A stretch of 64,000 nt of DNA from Candidatus Bathyarchaeota archaeon (GTDB lineage Archaea > Thermoproteota > Bathyarchaeia > Bathyarchaeales > Bathycorpusculaceae): contig CAWAKC010000006.1 of the NCBI GenBank assembly GCA_963782525.1, positions 32,001 through 96,000 of the forward strand. The letters are read 5' to 3'. The translations under genes were made by a program, and so were the position numbers. This document shows positions 18,538 to 28,962 of the stretch, piece after piece. Position 1 is the first letter of the stretch; each line of letters begins with the position of its first letter. Under the pieces are notes generated by a model that had not been told where the DNA came from, made no database searches, and worked only from the letters and a program-made list of their open reading frames with translations.

Positions 18538-19295
18538 GGCTTTGGAAATCGTGGATTGTAACTCAAAAGGACCTTAGTGTTTTCCGCAAAAACAAGTACG
18601 TTCTCTACTCACTCATAGCCATGCCAATAATACTTGGCGTTGTTTTGCCAATAATTTTCATTTTTGCCTTAAACACGGAAATCGGCGTGGGAACACTAAC
18701 GCATGACCAAATTTTGGCTGCCGTAAACCAAATCGTGGGCATAGCAACAATGTACTTTGTCCTTATCCCAGCGATTCTTCCCTCAATAATCGCTTCATAC
18801 AGCTTTGTGGGGGAAAAAATCGAAAAAAGCCTCGAACCCCTGCTTGCAACTCCAACAACTGACGGTGAACTGTTACTTGGCAAAAGCTTAGCCTCTTTCA
18901 TACCCTGCATGGTTGTAACATACGTTGGCGCAGCCATATCAGCGATAATAATTGATGTTTGGTCAATCACGACTCCTCAAGTAAACACCTTTTTGATACC
19001 CAACCCGTACTGGGCTTTAGTCATCGGAGCAATCGCACCATTAGCTTGCATAATGAGCGTCGAAGCAAACATAATTGTATCTTCAAAAGTCAACGACATA
19101 AGAGCAGCTCAACAGTTAGGTGGATTAGTCGTTTTGCCGTTGGTTTTCGTGGTGATTTTTGCTTCGACAAGTGCGCAAATCTCAACATGGCTGGCTATCG
19201 GAGTCATTGCGGCGTTAGCAGTAACGGACGTTGCCTTGTTCTATTTGAGCAAAGCCACTTTCCAACGTGAAGAAATTCTGACGAAATGGAAATAA
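18534..19295 (+). CDS. ABC-2 type transporter permease
   Basis: SFVGEK...SLEPLLATP...LLLGK; 6 TM; ATGA overlap. Confidence 0.9.
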   Translation: MRLWKSWIVTQKDLSVFRKNKYVLYSLIAMPIILGVVLPIIFIFALNTEIGVGTLTHDQILAAVNQIVGIATMYFVLIPAILPSIIASYSFVGEKIEKSLEPLLATPTTDGELLLGKSLASFIPCMVVTYVGAAISAIIIDVWSITTPQVNTFLIPNPYWALVIGAIAPLACIMSVEANIIVSSKVNDIRAAQQLGGLVVLPLVFVVIFASTSAQISTWLAIGVIAALAVTDVALFYLSKATFQREEILTKWK

Positions 19296-19500
19296 AATAT
19301 TGAGCATCTCTTAGCAGGTTGTTATATAGAAGACTTCTCTTTGACGCCCCATTTTACAGATACGCATAATGACTTGCCAATTTTTTAAAATCTGGACTCG
19401 TAATCTTGCGGGTTTTTAGCATGCTCAAATCGTAAACCTAAGAAACCCCTTTAAGAGCCGTATATTTCTATTCTAAAGATTTACTTAGCTGGAAGCGTCC

Positions 19501-22500
19501 ATGGCGACCTCTAAATTCCAAAACAAAAAGAGAAACTCGCGCAAAAACTCAGCTGTGTCCATGGCGCCCTCTTTAAGCTCTAAAGATATGCTAAGCCTTC
19601 CAATCGACGAAGTGTTGGGTCGTTTGAATGCTTCAAGGCAGGGTCTGAGTACTGAGGAAGCCGAAAAAAGACTTGAAATTTACGGCCCAAACGAGTTTGC
19701 ACGCACAAAAAAACACGCTGCAATTTTCAATTTTCTTTCACGCTTCAAAAGCCCCCTCGTGATAATCTTGATGATCGCAGGCGCACTTTCAGCGGCTCTT
19801 GGATCAATTCCTAGTTTCATAGTAATCTATACGATGGTTTTTCTCAGCGTTATTTTAGCCTATTATCAGGAAACAAACGCTTCAAAAGCCGCTGAACTCT
19901 TAAAAGAAAAGGTTGCTACTTCAGCCACAGTTTTAAGAGATAATGTGAAAAATGAAGTGAAGCTGGCCCAAATCGTTCCCGGTGAAATAATCTATCTTTC
20001 CGCTGGGGACATAATACCTGCAGACGCTCGAGTTATCGAAGCCAAAGATCTGTTCGTAAACCAGTCAGCCCTTACGGGAGAATCATTCCCAGTTGAAAAA
20101 ATATCTGCCCCCGTAAAAAACGAAGAGCCCGCCATTACCGAATGGACTAACTACCTCTTTTTAGGCACTTCAATCGTAAGTGGTAGTGCTGTAGCCGTTG
20201 TTGTCAGAACAGGTAGCTTTACGGAATATGGAAAAATCGCTCAAAGACTAGTAGAAAAAACGCCTGAAACCGAATTTGAAGTAGGCATCAAAAGATTCGG
20301 ATTCTTAATAATGCAGGTTACTCTTCTTTTGGTATTATTCGTTTTCATGGTACAGGCACTTCTGCACCCCAATGTAAATGGTATATTGGAAGGTCTTCTC
20401 TTTTCTGTTGCACTTGCCGTAGGCTTAACACCTGAACTTTTGCCTATGATTATCACCATAAACCTTTCAAAAGGCGCTATGGCAATGTCCAAGAAAGGCG
20501 TTATCGTCAAGCGTCTTTCAGCAATTGAAACGTTTGGCAGCATGAACGTTCTTTGCACTGACAAGACTGGAACACTTACAGAGAACCAAATAAAACTCGT
20601 TCTCCATATAGACCTGGAAGGAAAAGACGACGATAAAGTACTACGGTACTCTTTGCTAAACAGTACATTCCAAACAGGACTCAAAAGCCCCTTGGACGAA
20701 GCCATCCTCAAGCACAAAGAAATCGACATTTCAGGATTCCAAAAAATCGACGAAGTTCCCTTCGATTTTGTCCGAAGACGCGTTTCAGTAGTGGTTGAAA
20801 AAGAAAGACAAAGATTCTTCATAGTTAAGGGTGCACCCGAAGAAATTCTCAAAGTATGTTCTTACTATGAACTTGAAGGCTTAATTTCCGACATAACTGA
20901 GGTGGACCGCAAAAAAATTGAGCAGAAATACTTTGATTTAAGCGCTGAAGGCTTAAGAGTGTTAGGTGTTGCAAGTAAAAAGCTCAGAGAAGAGAAAGCT
21001 GTTTACTCAATTAACGACGAATCCGATATGACCTTTTTGGGTTTTGTCGCTTTCCTTGATCCCCCGAAAGAAACCGCAAAAGAATCCCTCCAGCTATTGG
21101 GCAATGCAGGTGTTGAACTTAAGATTCTCACAGGCGACAATGAGCTCGTCACGCGGAAAGTTTGTGGTGAACTCGGTTTTGAAGTGAAAGGTATAGCTCT
21201 CGGAAACGAGATTTCCAAAATGTCCGATGAAGCGCTTTCAGCAATAGTTGAAGAAGTAAATGTTTTCGCACGAGTAACTCCTGCACAAAAAGACCGAATT
21301 ATTAATCTTTTAAAGAGAAATGGCCATGTCGTTGGCTTCATGGGGGATGGCATAAACGATGCGCCTTCTCTAAAAACCTCTGATGTTGGCATTTCAGTCA
21401 ATAACGCCGTTGACGTCGCAAGAGAATCAGCTGACATTATCTTGTTAAAGAACGATTTAACAGTGTTAGCGCAAGGTGTGCTTGAAGGACGCAAAACGTT
21501 CGGAAACACAATGAAGTATATCATGATGGGAGTAAGCTCTAACTTTGGCAATATGTTTAGCGCCGCTGGCGGTTCGGTGTTCTTGGGATTTTTGCCAATG
21601 TTGCCTATCCAAATTCTACTAAATAATCTTCTCTACGACACCTCCCAAACCGTGATGACAACCGACAACGTTGACCCCGAATACATTGAAAAGCCAAAGA
21701 GATGGGACATTTCATTCATAAGACGCTTTATGGTTACTTTAGGCCCAGTTAGTTCGCTTTTCGATTTCGTGACGTTCTTTATAATGCTGTTTGTTTTCCA
21801 AGCCGTCATCGATCCGAAAGTGTTTCAATCTGTGTTTCAAACAGCATGGTTTACTGAGTCTTTATGTTCCCAAACACTAGTTGTCCTCATCATTAGAACT
21901 CGGCGAATACCATTCTACAAGAGCAAACCAAGCAAGTATCTTACATTAATGCTCTTGGGTGTTATTGGATTCGCCTTAATTGTGCCATTTACGCCATTGG
22001 GTCAAATCTTCGGTTTTACGCCGCCTCCACCAGCATTCTACTTGGTCTTGGCAGGAATTTTGGGAGCTTACGCAGTATTAGCTGAAGCTGTCAAAAGATG
22101 GTTCTACAAACGTAATGCTCACCGTTTAGAACAGATTCGGGTGGTAAAAGTTAAAACTGCTTATTCGGATCGATCAGTTCGATTTATGCAGGATATGGTT
22201 GCAGTGATTAGTCTTCGAGCTGAAGAGGAATTCTCAATCGAATCATTTACTGACGATTTGAACAGCTCAATTAATTACCCTCTCAACCCCAACCAGTTGG
22301 CTCGAAACCTCCAATACCTCCGGCGCTCAGGATTAATCAGTGTTGACTGGGGCAAACGAACTATAAAAAGGGAAAAAACGTTGAAAGACTACGTTAAAAA
22401 GGAAATAATTAACGGTCCAATGTGGGCTACGATAAGTGAAGATTGGCGAAAAATAAACGCCATAATTCTCAGCAAGCGGGGAAGTGTTAACCCAGAATAC

Positions 22501-22524
22501 CAACAATTGCTGATGCAGCAGTAA
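19501..22524 (+). CDS. mgtA: Magnesium-translocating P-type ATPase with extra C-terminal domain
   Basis: TGES, LTPELLP, DKTGT, KGAPE, TGD, GDGIND, SSNFGN and NLLYD (type IIIB signatures). Confidence 0.92.
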   Translation: MATSKFQNKKRNSRKNSAVSMAPSLSSKDMLSLPIDEVLGRLNASRQGLSTEEAEKRLEIYGPNEFARTKKHAAIFNFLSRFKSPLVIILMIAGALSAALGSIPSFIVIYTMVFLSVILAYYQETNASKAAELLKEKVATSATVLRDNVKNEVKLAQIVPGEIIYLSAGDIIPADARVIEAKDLFVNQSALTGESFPVEKISAPVKNEEPAITEWTNYLFLGTSIVSGSAVAVVVRTGSFTEYGKIAQRLVEKTPETEFEVGIKRFGFLIMQVTLLLVLFVFMVQALLHPNVNGILEGLLFSVALAVGLTPELLPMIITINLSKGAMAMSKKGVIVKRLSAIETFGSMNVLCTDKTGTLTENQIKLVLHIDLEGKDDDKVLRYSLLNSTFQTGLKSPLDEAILKHKEIDISGFQKIDEVPFDFVRRRVSVVVEKERQRFFIVKGAPEEILKVCSYYELEGLISDITEVDRKKIEQKYFDLSAEGLRVLGVASKKLREEKAVYSINDESDMTFLGFVAFLDPPKETAKESLQLLGNAGVELKILTGDNELVTRKVCGELGFEVKGIALGNEISKMSDEALSAIVEEVNVFARVTPAQKDRIINLLKRNGHVVGFMGDGINDAPSLKTSDVGISVNNAVDVARESADIILLKNDLTVLAQGVLEGRKTFGNTMKYIMMGVSSNFGNMFSAAGGSVFLGFLPMLPIQILLNNLLYDTSQTVMTTDNVDPEYIEKPKRWDISFIRRFMVTLGPVSSLFDFVTFFIMLFVFQAVIDPKVFQSVFQTAWFTESLCSQTLVVLIIRTRRIPFYKSKPSKYLTLMLLGVIGFALIVPFTPLGQIFGFTPPPPAFYLVLAGILGAYAVLAEAVKRWFYKRNAHRLEQIRVVKVKTAYSDRSVRFMQDMVAVISLRAEEEFSIESFTDDLNSSINYPLNPNQLARNLQYLRRSGLISVDWGKRTIKREKTLKDYVKKEIINGPMWATISEDWRKINAIILSKRGSVNPEYQQLLMQQ

Positions 22525-22698
22525 AAAACTGTACAGTAACTCATTTCTTAAGTGTTTGTTAAGTCGAGAACTGCTTTAGCGAAGCCAACCTAACAAAAAG
22601 CGCTCACTTTGTAAACCGCATTTAACAAGCAAGCAAATTAGTGTTCTCAAAAAATGTTATTTACAGTAAAACATTAAGCAGAAGGCGGTTAGAAAATC

Positions 22699-23052
22699 AT
22701 GAATAACACAAATATCTGCTGGGAATGCAAGCACAGTAAGTTGAAACTCAAGATACTTGTGCCCCGAAACATCACAATCCAAAAATACATTAACAAAACA
22801 AGCAATTTCCAATCAAACATAGTGGCCATCAGCAAGGAAAAACAGGGCCAATACAACATTTGGTTCCGCTCAGAAGGAGCCCTAAGACTGCTTAGTTTTA
22901 AGATGTTGCATATCTGTAAACTAAAACATGGACAGGAAAAAACAGAGTGCGTTAGAGTATGCGAAAGCTACGAGGCAAAAAACGACCAGACAACAATCAG
23001 CAACATAGTCTACTACGATAAAAACGTTAATTTTCAAAGCAACGAAAAATAA
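22699..23052 (+). CDS. Hypothetical Cys-containing protein
   Basis: 117-aa ORF with CWECKH and C-terminal Cys residues. Confidence 0.5.
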   Translation: MNNTNICWECKHSKLKLKILVPRNITIQKYINKTSNFQSNIVAISKEKQGQYNIWFRSEGALRLLSFKMLHICKLKHGQEKTECVRVCESYEAKNDQTTISNIVYYDKNVNFQSNEK

Positions 23053-23095
23053 CCCTAAAAAACAAATCTCTTCTGAACAAAAATTGGGAAGGGGT

Positions 23096-23437
23096 TTATG
23101 AGGTAGTAGCGAGGTCTTTTAGTTGTTTTTTTGTTAACCCCACACCTGGTATGGCGTCAAGTCTTTTTTCTACTTCCCCCTTCCTAAACAACAGCACCGT
23201 TGGATAGTATTCTATGGCATATTTTTCGCAGACATCAGGCTTGTCATCGATTATTACGCTGATGCACTGTTGTGGGTTGTCTTTCGCGTATTCTTGGAAA
23301 ATCGGCAAAAACCGCTGTGAATACGGACACCAAGTCGCATAAAATAGTACAAAAGCTTTTTCCTTAGACTTTAGTGCGTTATCGATGCTGCTTTCAGTGG
23401 TTGGTTTTTCGTGGATTTTACCTTTGCTCATCTTCAA
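23096..23437 (-). CDS. Thioredoxin-fold protein with CXXS motif
   Basis: FYATWCPYS and cis-Pro YPT. Confidence 0.85.
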   Translation of the reverse strand: MKMSKGKIHEKPTTESSIDNALKSKEKAFVLFYATWCPYSQRFLPIFQEYAKDNPQQCISVIIDDKPDVCEKYAIEYYPTVLLFRKGEVEKRLDAIPGVGLTKKQLKDLATTS

Positions 23438-24152
23438 TCACCTCTTGGTCTTCCTCAGGATAATGACTGCTATCACAAAAAGGCTTGTTAGTGGATTTTC
23501 CACATCGACACAAAGTCACTCGGTTCCTAACCTCATAAAGTTTACCTTCTGACGAATAAACGGGGATTCCTCCTCGAATCCAAATTGGACCATCAATACC
23601 CATGGCGGGATCTTCAATTAAACCAATCGATTTCTCAAGCGACGGCTCAATAACTTTGCCAGATTGTTTATCTGTGACAACCAGCCGCCCAGCTGGGCAG
23701 TCGCAAGCATTTCGAGACGCGTTTTCTTTTAGTTTGGGGTCGTCTGACCTAGGAATTTGCCGCCAGATGTCGCCTCCACGATGGCAAAACCGGGCGGAAG
23801 CGCACAGAATCTCGGCGTCTTTAAGTGTTAATTCGGGGCCTTCAATTGTCTTTGCCATTTTTTCAAAGGGTTCATTGTCGCTTGTTTCCGTGCCGTCGAA
23901 ATTTACTTTTACATGTGTTCCGTCACAGAAAGGCTTGTTATTGGTTTGTCCACATCGACATAAAGTGTAAGTAGGTGAAGTCTCGAGTTTTTCCCCAATT
24001 AGCCAGCCTACGGGGATTCCAGAGCTTTGGTCGCATTGAATCGTCGTTTTTCTTAAAGAAACACCGCCGGAAACTAAGTACGGACCATTTTTGAGAACGC
24101 GAATCTTGATGTTGTTATCTTTTGAGGTTTCTTTATTTTCCAATTTAGTCAT
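23418..24152 (-). CDS. CDGSH iron-sulfur domain protein (two CDGSH motifs plus central Cys cluster)
   Basis: LCRCG..NKPFCDGTH, C..ARFC...CPAG and LCRCG..NKPFCDSSH. Confidence 0.9.
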   Translation of the reverse strand: MTKLENKETSKDNNIKIRVLKNGPYLVSGGVSLRKTTIQCDQSSGIPVGWLIGEKLETSPTYTLCRCGQTNNKPFCDGTHVKVNFDGTETSDNEPFEKMAKTIEGPELTLKDAEILCASARFCHRGGDIWRQIPRSDDPKLKENASRNACDCPAGRLVVTDKQSGKVIEPSLEKSIGLIEDPAMGIDGPIWIRGGIPVYSSEGKLYEVRNRVTLCRCGKSTNKPFCDSSHYPEEDQEVIEDEQR

Positions 24153-24381
24153 CTCTTAAAGTGAACACTAAAATCAACTGACAGCTTACTACTTCCAAAG
24201 AATTGGCTTCGGTTAGTTAAATTTTTTGCATTCCTCGCTGCTCTCAAAATTAACTTCTTTAGCAACATGTTCCCTAAAGAAAAGTAAGCTCGTTACTGCT
24301 CAGTTGCAACCACATAGTAATATAAAACAAAAAGTAGTGTTTGTATTTGTTCAATAAACTAAAAATTTTGGAAGAGCAGGT

Positions 24382-24597
24382 TTGATTCAATTTTATTTTC
24401 AAAGTATTTTGCGATTGATAAGGATAGTAGTAGCAATTCAGGTCTTCAACTTGGCCATGGGTTACTTGGTATGGGCCGTCTATGATTATTCAATCTCGGG
24501 TTGGACCATTGCCGCGTTATCTGTTGGCGCAACATTTTTGATGTTGGCAATCAAGAAAGCCCAAGAAAACAATGAAAACCAATCATCGACAAATTAA
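24382..24597 (+). CDS. Small membrane protein, hypothetical
   Basis: Two hydrophobic segments. Confidence 0.35.
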   Translation: MIQFYFQSILRLIRIVVAIQVFNLAMGYLVWAVYDYSISGWTIAALSVGATFLMLAIKKAQENNENQSSTN

Positions 24598-24973
24598 ATA
24601 AAATGTAGCTTATTGCCTCTTTGTGATTGCAGATTCACCTTACTATCTGCTAGGGTCAAGTTGTCATACGTTTTGATAACAATTTGATATTCATTCGTTG
24701 AGTGAATACCTGAAATTGGTTTATCGGAGTTTACTTTGTAGTATCATCTAAAAAAATTAGAAAGACGTAAGGAGAAGAGTTTGGGGCGATTGAATCACTT
24801 ATTAATCAACTTGCAGTTATGGCTCGTTTAGTTTAGCATAAGAAGAGCTCGAATGGTTGGATGTTACCGATAATTTGCTTGCTCTTGTGGAATCAAGGAT
24901 TATTGGGCTTTGTAGGCAGATCTAGAAAATGGTTGTCCCTGAATGACTTATAAGTATAAGCGTGTTATAACGT

Positions 24974-25339
24974 GTGATACTCATGGACCCACAATGCGAA
25001 ATAATCGGCAAATATGTTCTGCCAATCTTTAGATCGATGCTTGCCAAAGAACTCGTACAAAAATACCACCTATCCCAAACAGACGCAGCTAAAAAACTTG
25101 GCACCACTCAAGCCGCCGTGAGCCAATACCTAAGTTCCAAACGCGCGTACAAAGGCACCGACCAAGTTAAGCAGTACTTGCCCCAAATCCAAGTTATGGC
25201 TTCTGAAACTGCCCAAAAACTGGTGAGTGACAAAATTGCCGCTAAAGATGTTACTTTCGATTTTTGTAGGCTTTGTGCAACTTTTTGCGCCAAAGATTCG
25301 GTGAAAACTGGCGTTTTAAACCCCGATTACTACATTTAA
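24974..25339 (+). CDS. XRE-type HTH transcriptional regulator with C-terminal CxxC
   Basis: P.CE....LP..R...A.EL...SQ..AAKKLGTTQAAVSQYLS.KR. Confidence 0.85.
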   Translation: MILMDPQCEIIGKYVLPIFRSMLAKELVQKYHLSQTDAAKKLGTTQAAVSQYLSSKRAYKGTDQVKQYLPQIQVMASETAQKLVSDKIAAKDVTFDFCRLCATFCAKDSVKTGVLNPDYYI

Positions 25340-25507
25340 GCCCTCTTGCTAAATAGCGATTGTTAGTTATAATCAAGTCTGAAGTATATTTTTGGATATT
25401 TGAACAAAGAACGAAGCCAATTTCAAGCTTAAACAATTATCAAGTTGGCAATTGTGGCTACATAGTGTACCCACAATATCTTATATTTTTGAGACAGGTT
25501 ACCCATT

Positions 25508-25639
25508 GGTAGGAATGCAAGGGATAGCCAACAGAAGTTGAGCGAATCCGGCTGCTAAACACGAAGAAGACCGTTGCCTACCTGCCTTTTAGGTCTCTCT
25601 ATTTAGCACGTGGCTTGGTTCGCTTAACTCTTCCTTTTT
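25508..25639 (+). ncRNA. Candidate structured non-coding RNA
   Basis: Nested stems with G-U pairs on the + strand, TATA-like box upstream and T-run downstream (see findings). Confidence 0.5.
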
Positions 25640-25801
25640 GGGGCTTAAGAAAATAAAGTTTTTTTAAAAAAAATTACAACATTTTAAAAATTCAGCCTCA
25701 GTTACAATAAGGTCTAAAGTTTCACGTATTTCTCTAATAGGTTAGGCAAGTATGGTAAAAAAATAAACCCAACGGCATTTAGGTAAACAAACGTTGGTTC
25801 G

Positions 25802-26395
25802 TTATTTTGACAATAGAAAAAGCCCGACTTCCCCAAACAGATTAGGCAAAAACCGCACCTTCCGGTTTTTGGAAATAAACGCTGCTTCTTCAACTGTTAT
25901 TTGGTTTTTTAAGCAGTATTCTTTGAAGTCAGCGATGCTTAAAAAATGCAAGTTGGGTGTGTCGTACCATTCGTAAGGCAATGAAGGGGTGACGGGGACT
26001 TTTCCCTGAAAGAAGATTTGGAAGCGGTCGGTGATGTAGCAGAAATTTGGGAAGCCAACGATGACTTTTTTTCCGACCCGTAATGCTTCTTTTATGGCGA
26101 AATCGGGTTTTTTAACCTGTTGCAAAGTTTGGTTTAAGATAACATAATCTGCGCTTTTGTCGGCGAATTCGGTTAAGCCGGTGTCGATGTCTTGTTGGAA
26201 AACGCTTAAGCCTGTTGCAACACAGTTATGGATGGCTTGTTCGCTTAGTTCCACGCCTTGCGCATGAACCTGTTTAATCTTAATTAGGAGGGCGAGTAGT
26301 TCTCCGTCGCCGCAGCCCAGATCAAGCACTGATGCTCCGTTGCTAATCCAACTTGAAATGACTGTGTGTTCTAAGGTGTGCGTTTGTTTGGTCAT
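25802..26395 (-). CDS. metW: Methionine biosynthesis protein MetW
   Basis: VLDLGCGDG and [12 protein letters not shown] motifs; follows metX. Confidence 0.93.
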   Translation of the reverse strand: MTKQTHTLEHTVISSWISNGASVLDLGCGDGELLALLIKIKQVHAQGVELSEQAIHNCVATGLSVFQQDIDTGLTEFADKSADYVILNQTLQQVKKPDFAIKEALRVGKKVIVGFPNFCYITDRFQIFFQGKVPVTPSLPYEWYDTPNLHFLSIADFKEYCLKNQITVEEAAFISKNRKVRFLPNLFGEVGLFLLSK

Positions 26396-27441
26396 GACTG
26401 ATCGCTACCTCCGCCCTCTGCAGCCTTCAGGAAGCCCCCGATAAGCTGCCCTTCCTGCTCAGTCTCCAACAAAAAAGAGTCATGCCCGTATGTGCTGGTT
26501 ATTTCGCAGTAACTTGCCTGTACGCCCGTAAGTTTGCAGGCTTTTACGATTTCTTGGCTTTGGTAGGCTGGGTAGAGCCAATCCGATTTGAAAGCTAACA
26601 CCAGAACCTTTGCCTTCAAACCCTCAAAGACGTTGCCTAAACTGTGGCCGTTTAGCAGGTTGAAGTTGTCGATGGCTTTGGTGAGGTAGAGGTAGCTGTT
26701 GGCGTCGAAGCGTTTAACAAAGTTGTCGCCGCGATAATGCAGGTAACCTTCCACTTCGAAGTCTGCGCTGAACTTGAAGGCTTCTTTATCTGCGCGGGTT
26801 TTTCGCCCAAACTTTTCAGTCATAGACGTGTCGCTCATGTAAGTTATGTGCCCAATCATTCTTGCCAAGGCTAAACCTTTCGCTGGCGCTGCGTGGCGGT
26901 AGTAGTTGCCGTTTCGCCAGTCAGGGTCAGACATTACCGCTTGCCGACCAACCTCGTTGAAGGCTATTTGCTGAGGAGTATGCTTAAGTGTAGTTGCTAT
27001 AGGAATGGCTGAGCGTATTTTGTCTGGGTACGCCACCATCCACTGCAAAACCTGCATGCCGCCCATCGAGCCGCCGACCACAGCTAAAAGTTTCTCAATA
27101 CCCAAATGATCTGTGAGGTTTTTTTGTGCTTCAACCATGTCGCCTATGCTGACTAATGGAAAACTAAGACCATATGGTTTGTCAGTCTTCGGGTTGATTG
27201 AAGATGGACCAGTTGAACCTTTGCAGCCGCCGATAACGTTGCTGCATATGACAAAGTACTTGTCTATATCAATGCCCTTACCTTGACCGATGAGGTTTTC
27301 CCACCAGCCGTCTGGTCCTGACACATGTGCATCGCCGCTGAGTGCATGGAGAATTAGAATTGCGTTTGATTTCTGTGTATTAAGCTTGCCATATGTTTCG
27401 TAGGCAAGCGTGATTGGACCTAGTTTTTCGCCCGATTCCAA
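26392..27441 (-). CDS. metX: Homoserine O-acetyltransferase (N-terminus apparently shifted by a 1-nt indel)
   Basis: HALSGD, GGSMGG, RFDANSY, SDWLYP and YGHDSFL motifs. Confidence 0.92.
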   Translation of the reverse strand: MESGEKLGPITLAYETYGKLNTQKSNAILILHALSGDAHVSGPDGWWENLIGQGKGIDIDKYFVICSNVIGGCKGSTGPSSINPKTDKPYGLSFPLVSIGDMVEAQKNLTDHLGIEKLLAVVGGSMGGMQVLQWMVAYPDKIRSAIPIATTLKHTPQQIAFNEVGRQAVMSDPDWRNGNYYRHAAPAKGLALARMIGHITYMSDTSMTEKFGRKTRADKEAFKFSADFEVEGYLHYRGDNFVKRFDANSYLYLTKAIDNFNLLNGHSLGNVFEGLKAKVLVLAFKSDWLYPAYQSQEIVKACKLTGVQASYCEITSTYGHDSFLLETEQEGQLIGGFLKAAEGGGSDQS

Positions 27442-27548
27442 CCTTAACTCGTCTAGTGGATGCGCGAAAAGTGTAGGTTTGCGCTGGGTTGGTTTTTTCG
27501 TTGGTTATTAGCTTGCTTTCCTCCAGAAAAAAAGAAAAGTTGTTGTAT

Positions 27549-28850
27549 TTACGGTTTGGCTGATGCTTTGAGGGCTTGGTCTATGTCGGCGATTATGTCT
27601 TCCGGGTCTTCTAAGCCAATTGACAGCCTAATGAAATCAGGTGTCACTCCGGTTGTTGCCTGCTCCTGTGGAGTCAACTGTTGATGGGTAGTGGATGCTG
27701 GGTGAATGACTAAGCTTTTGGCGTCGCCAATGTTTGCTAAGTGTGAGAGCAACTTTACTGATTCGATGAATTTCTTGCCTGAGCTTAAGCCGCCTTTTAT
27801 GCCGAAGCCCACTAATCCGCCGTAGTATTTTTTGAGGTATTTTGAGGCAACTTTGTGGTTGGGGTTGTCGGTTAAGCCTGGATAGTTTACCCAGCTGACC
27901 GAGGGATTATTCTTTAGATATTGGGCAACTTGTAGGGCGTTTTCGGAGTGTCTGCGTTGTCTTAGCGGCAAATCTTCCAAACCTTGAAGGAATAGGAAGG
28001 AATTGAATGGACTCAATGTTGGTCCCAAGTCGCGTAGGAGCTGGACTCGAGCTTTGAATATGACTGCGACATTTCCTAATTCTGGGAAGTTTCCAAAGGC
28101 ATCCCAATATTTGATTCCATGATAGCTTGGGTCTGGCTCGGTAAATTCTGGGTATTTGCCGTTGTTCCATTTGAATTTGCCAGAGTCAACTATTATTCCG
28201 CCGATGCTGGTTCCGTGTCCACCTATGTATTTGGTGGCTGAGGTAACTAGGAGGTCTGCGCCGTAATCGATTGGTTTCACCAAGCCTACGCCGACTGTAT
28301 TGTCTACTACTAATGGTACGCCTGCCTCGTGAGCTATTTTTGCTAATGCTTCAAAGTCTGGTACATCGAGCTTGGGGTTGCCTATGGTTTCCGCGTAGAT
28401 AGCACGGGTTTTGGGTGTGATTGCTTTTTTGAACTCGTTGGGTTTCTGGGAGTCGACGAATGTGGTTTTTCTGGCAAATTTGGGGAAGGTGTAGTGGAGT
28501 AGGCTGTAGGTTCCGCCGTAGAGGTTGTTTGCCGCGACAATTTCGTCCCCGACTTGGGTTATTGTGAGTAGTGCAAGAGATATCGCTGCTTGTCCTGATG
28601 CTACGGCTAAGGCGCCTGTTCCGCCTTCGATTGCTGCGACTCTTTTTTCGAAGACGTCAGTTGTGGGGTTCATCATTCTGGTGTAAATATTTCCTATTTC
28701 TTTTAGAGCAAACAAGTTTGCTGCATGCTCTGTGCTTTTGAACACGAATGAGCTTGTTTGGTAGATTGGGACGGCTCTCGATCCTGTTGTCGGATCAGGA
28801 GTTTCTTGCCCCGCGTGGAGAGCGATTGTGTCTATTTTTTTGTTTGGCAT
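27549..28850 (-). CDS. metY: O-acetylhomoserine aminocarboxypropyltransferase (sulfhydrylase)
   Basis: [21 protein letters not shown] and HPASTTH motifs. Confidence 0.93.
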   Translation of the reverse strand: MPNKKIDTIALHAGQETPDPTTGSRAVPIYQTSSFVFKSTEHAANLFALKEIGNIYTRMMNPTTDVFEKRVAAIEGGTGALAVASGQAAISLALLTITQVGDEIVAANNLYGGTYSLLHYTFPKFARKTTFVDSQKPNEFKKAITPKTRAIYAETIGNPKLDVPDFEALAKIAHEAGVPLVVDNTVGVGLVKPIDYGADLLVTSATKYIGGHGTSIGGIIVDSGKFKWNNGKYPEFTEPDPSYHGIKYWDAFGNFPELGNVAVIFKARVQLLRDLGPTLSPFNSFLFLQGLEDLPLRQRRHSENALQVAQYLKNNPSVSWVNYPGLTDNPNHKVASKYLKKYYGGLVGFGIKGGLSSGKKFIESVKLLSHLANIGDAKSLVIHPASTTHQQLTPQEQATTGVTPDFIRLSIGLEDPEDIIADIDQALKASAKP

Positions 28851-28888
28851 TTTTTGGTTGCCTCTTCTCTGGTTGATACAGAAATACC

Positions 28889-28937
28889 ATAACGGCGTTA
28901 TATGGGTTCTTGCAAAAAATATTCCAAAAAGAATATT
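28889..28937. promoter_or_regulatory. Two palindromes in the metY / HTH-CBS divergent promoter
   Basis: ATAACG-G-CGTTAT (28889-28901) and AATATTC-N6-GAATATT (28918-28937). Confidence 0.5.
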
Positions 28938-28962
28938 AACCCATCAAAACCATCACTAAACC

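Noticed and set aside
20241-21551. Long antisense ORFs inside mgtA, and similar shadow ORFs across the window
   Set aside because: They lie opposite well-supported genes and have no motifs of their own.
25551-25592. tmRNA-like tag reading frame (AKHEEDRCLPAF*) inside the structured RNA
   Set aside because: There are no tRNA-like ends, the element is far too short, and tmRNA is not known in archaea.
28851-28962. SAM riboswitch upstream of metY
   Set aside because: The region is too short and shows no SAM-I core motifs.
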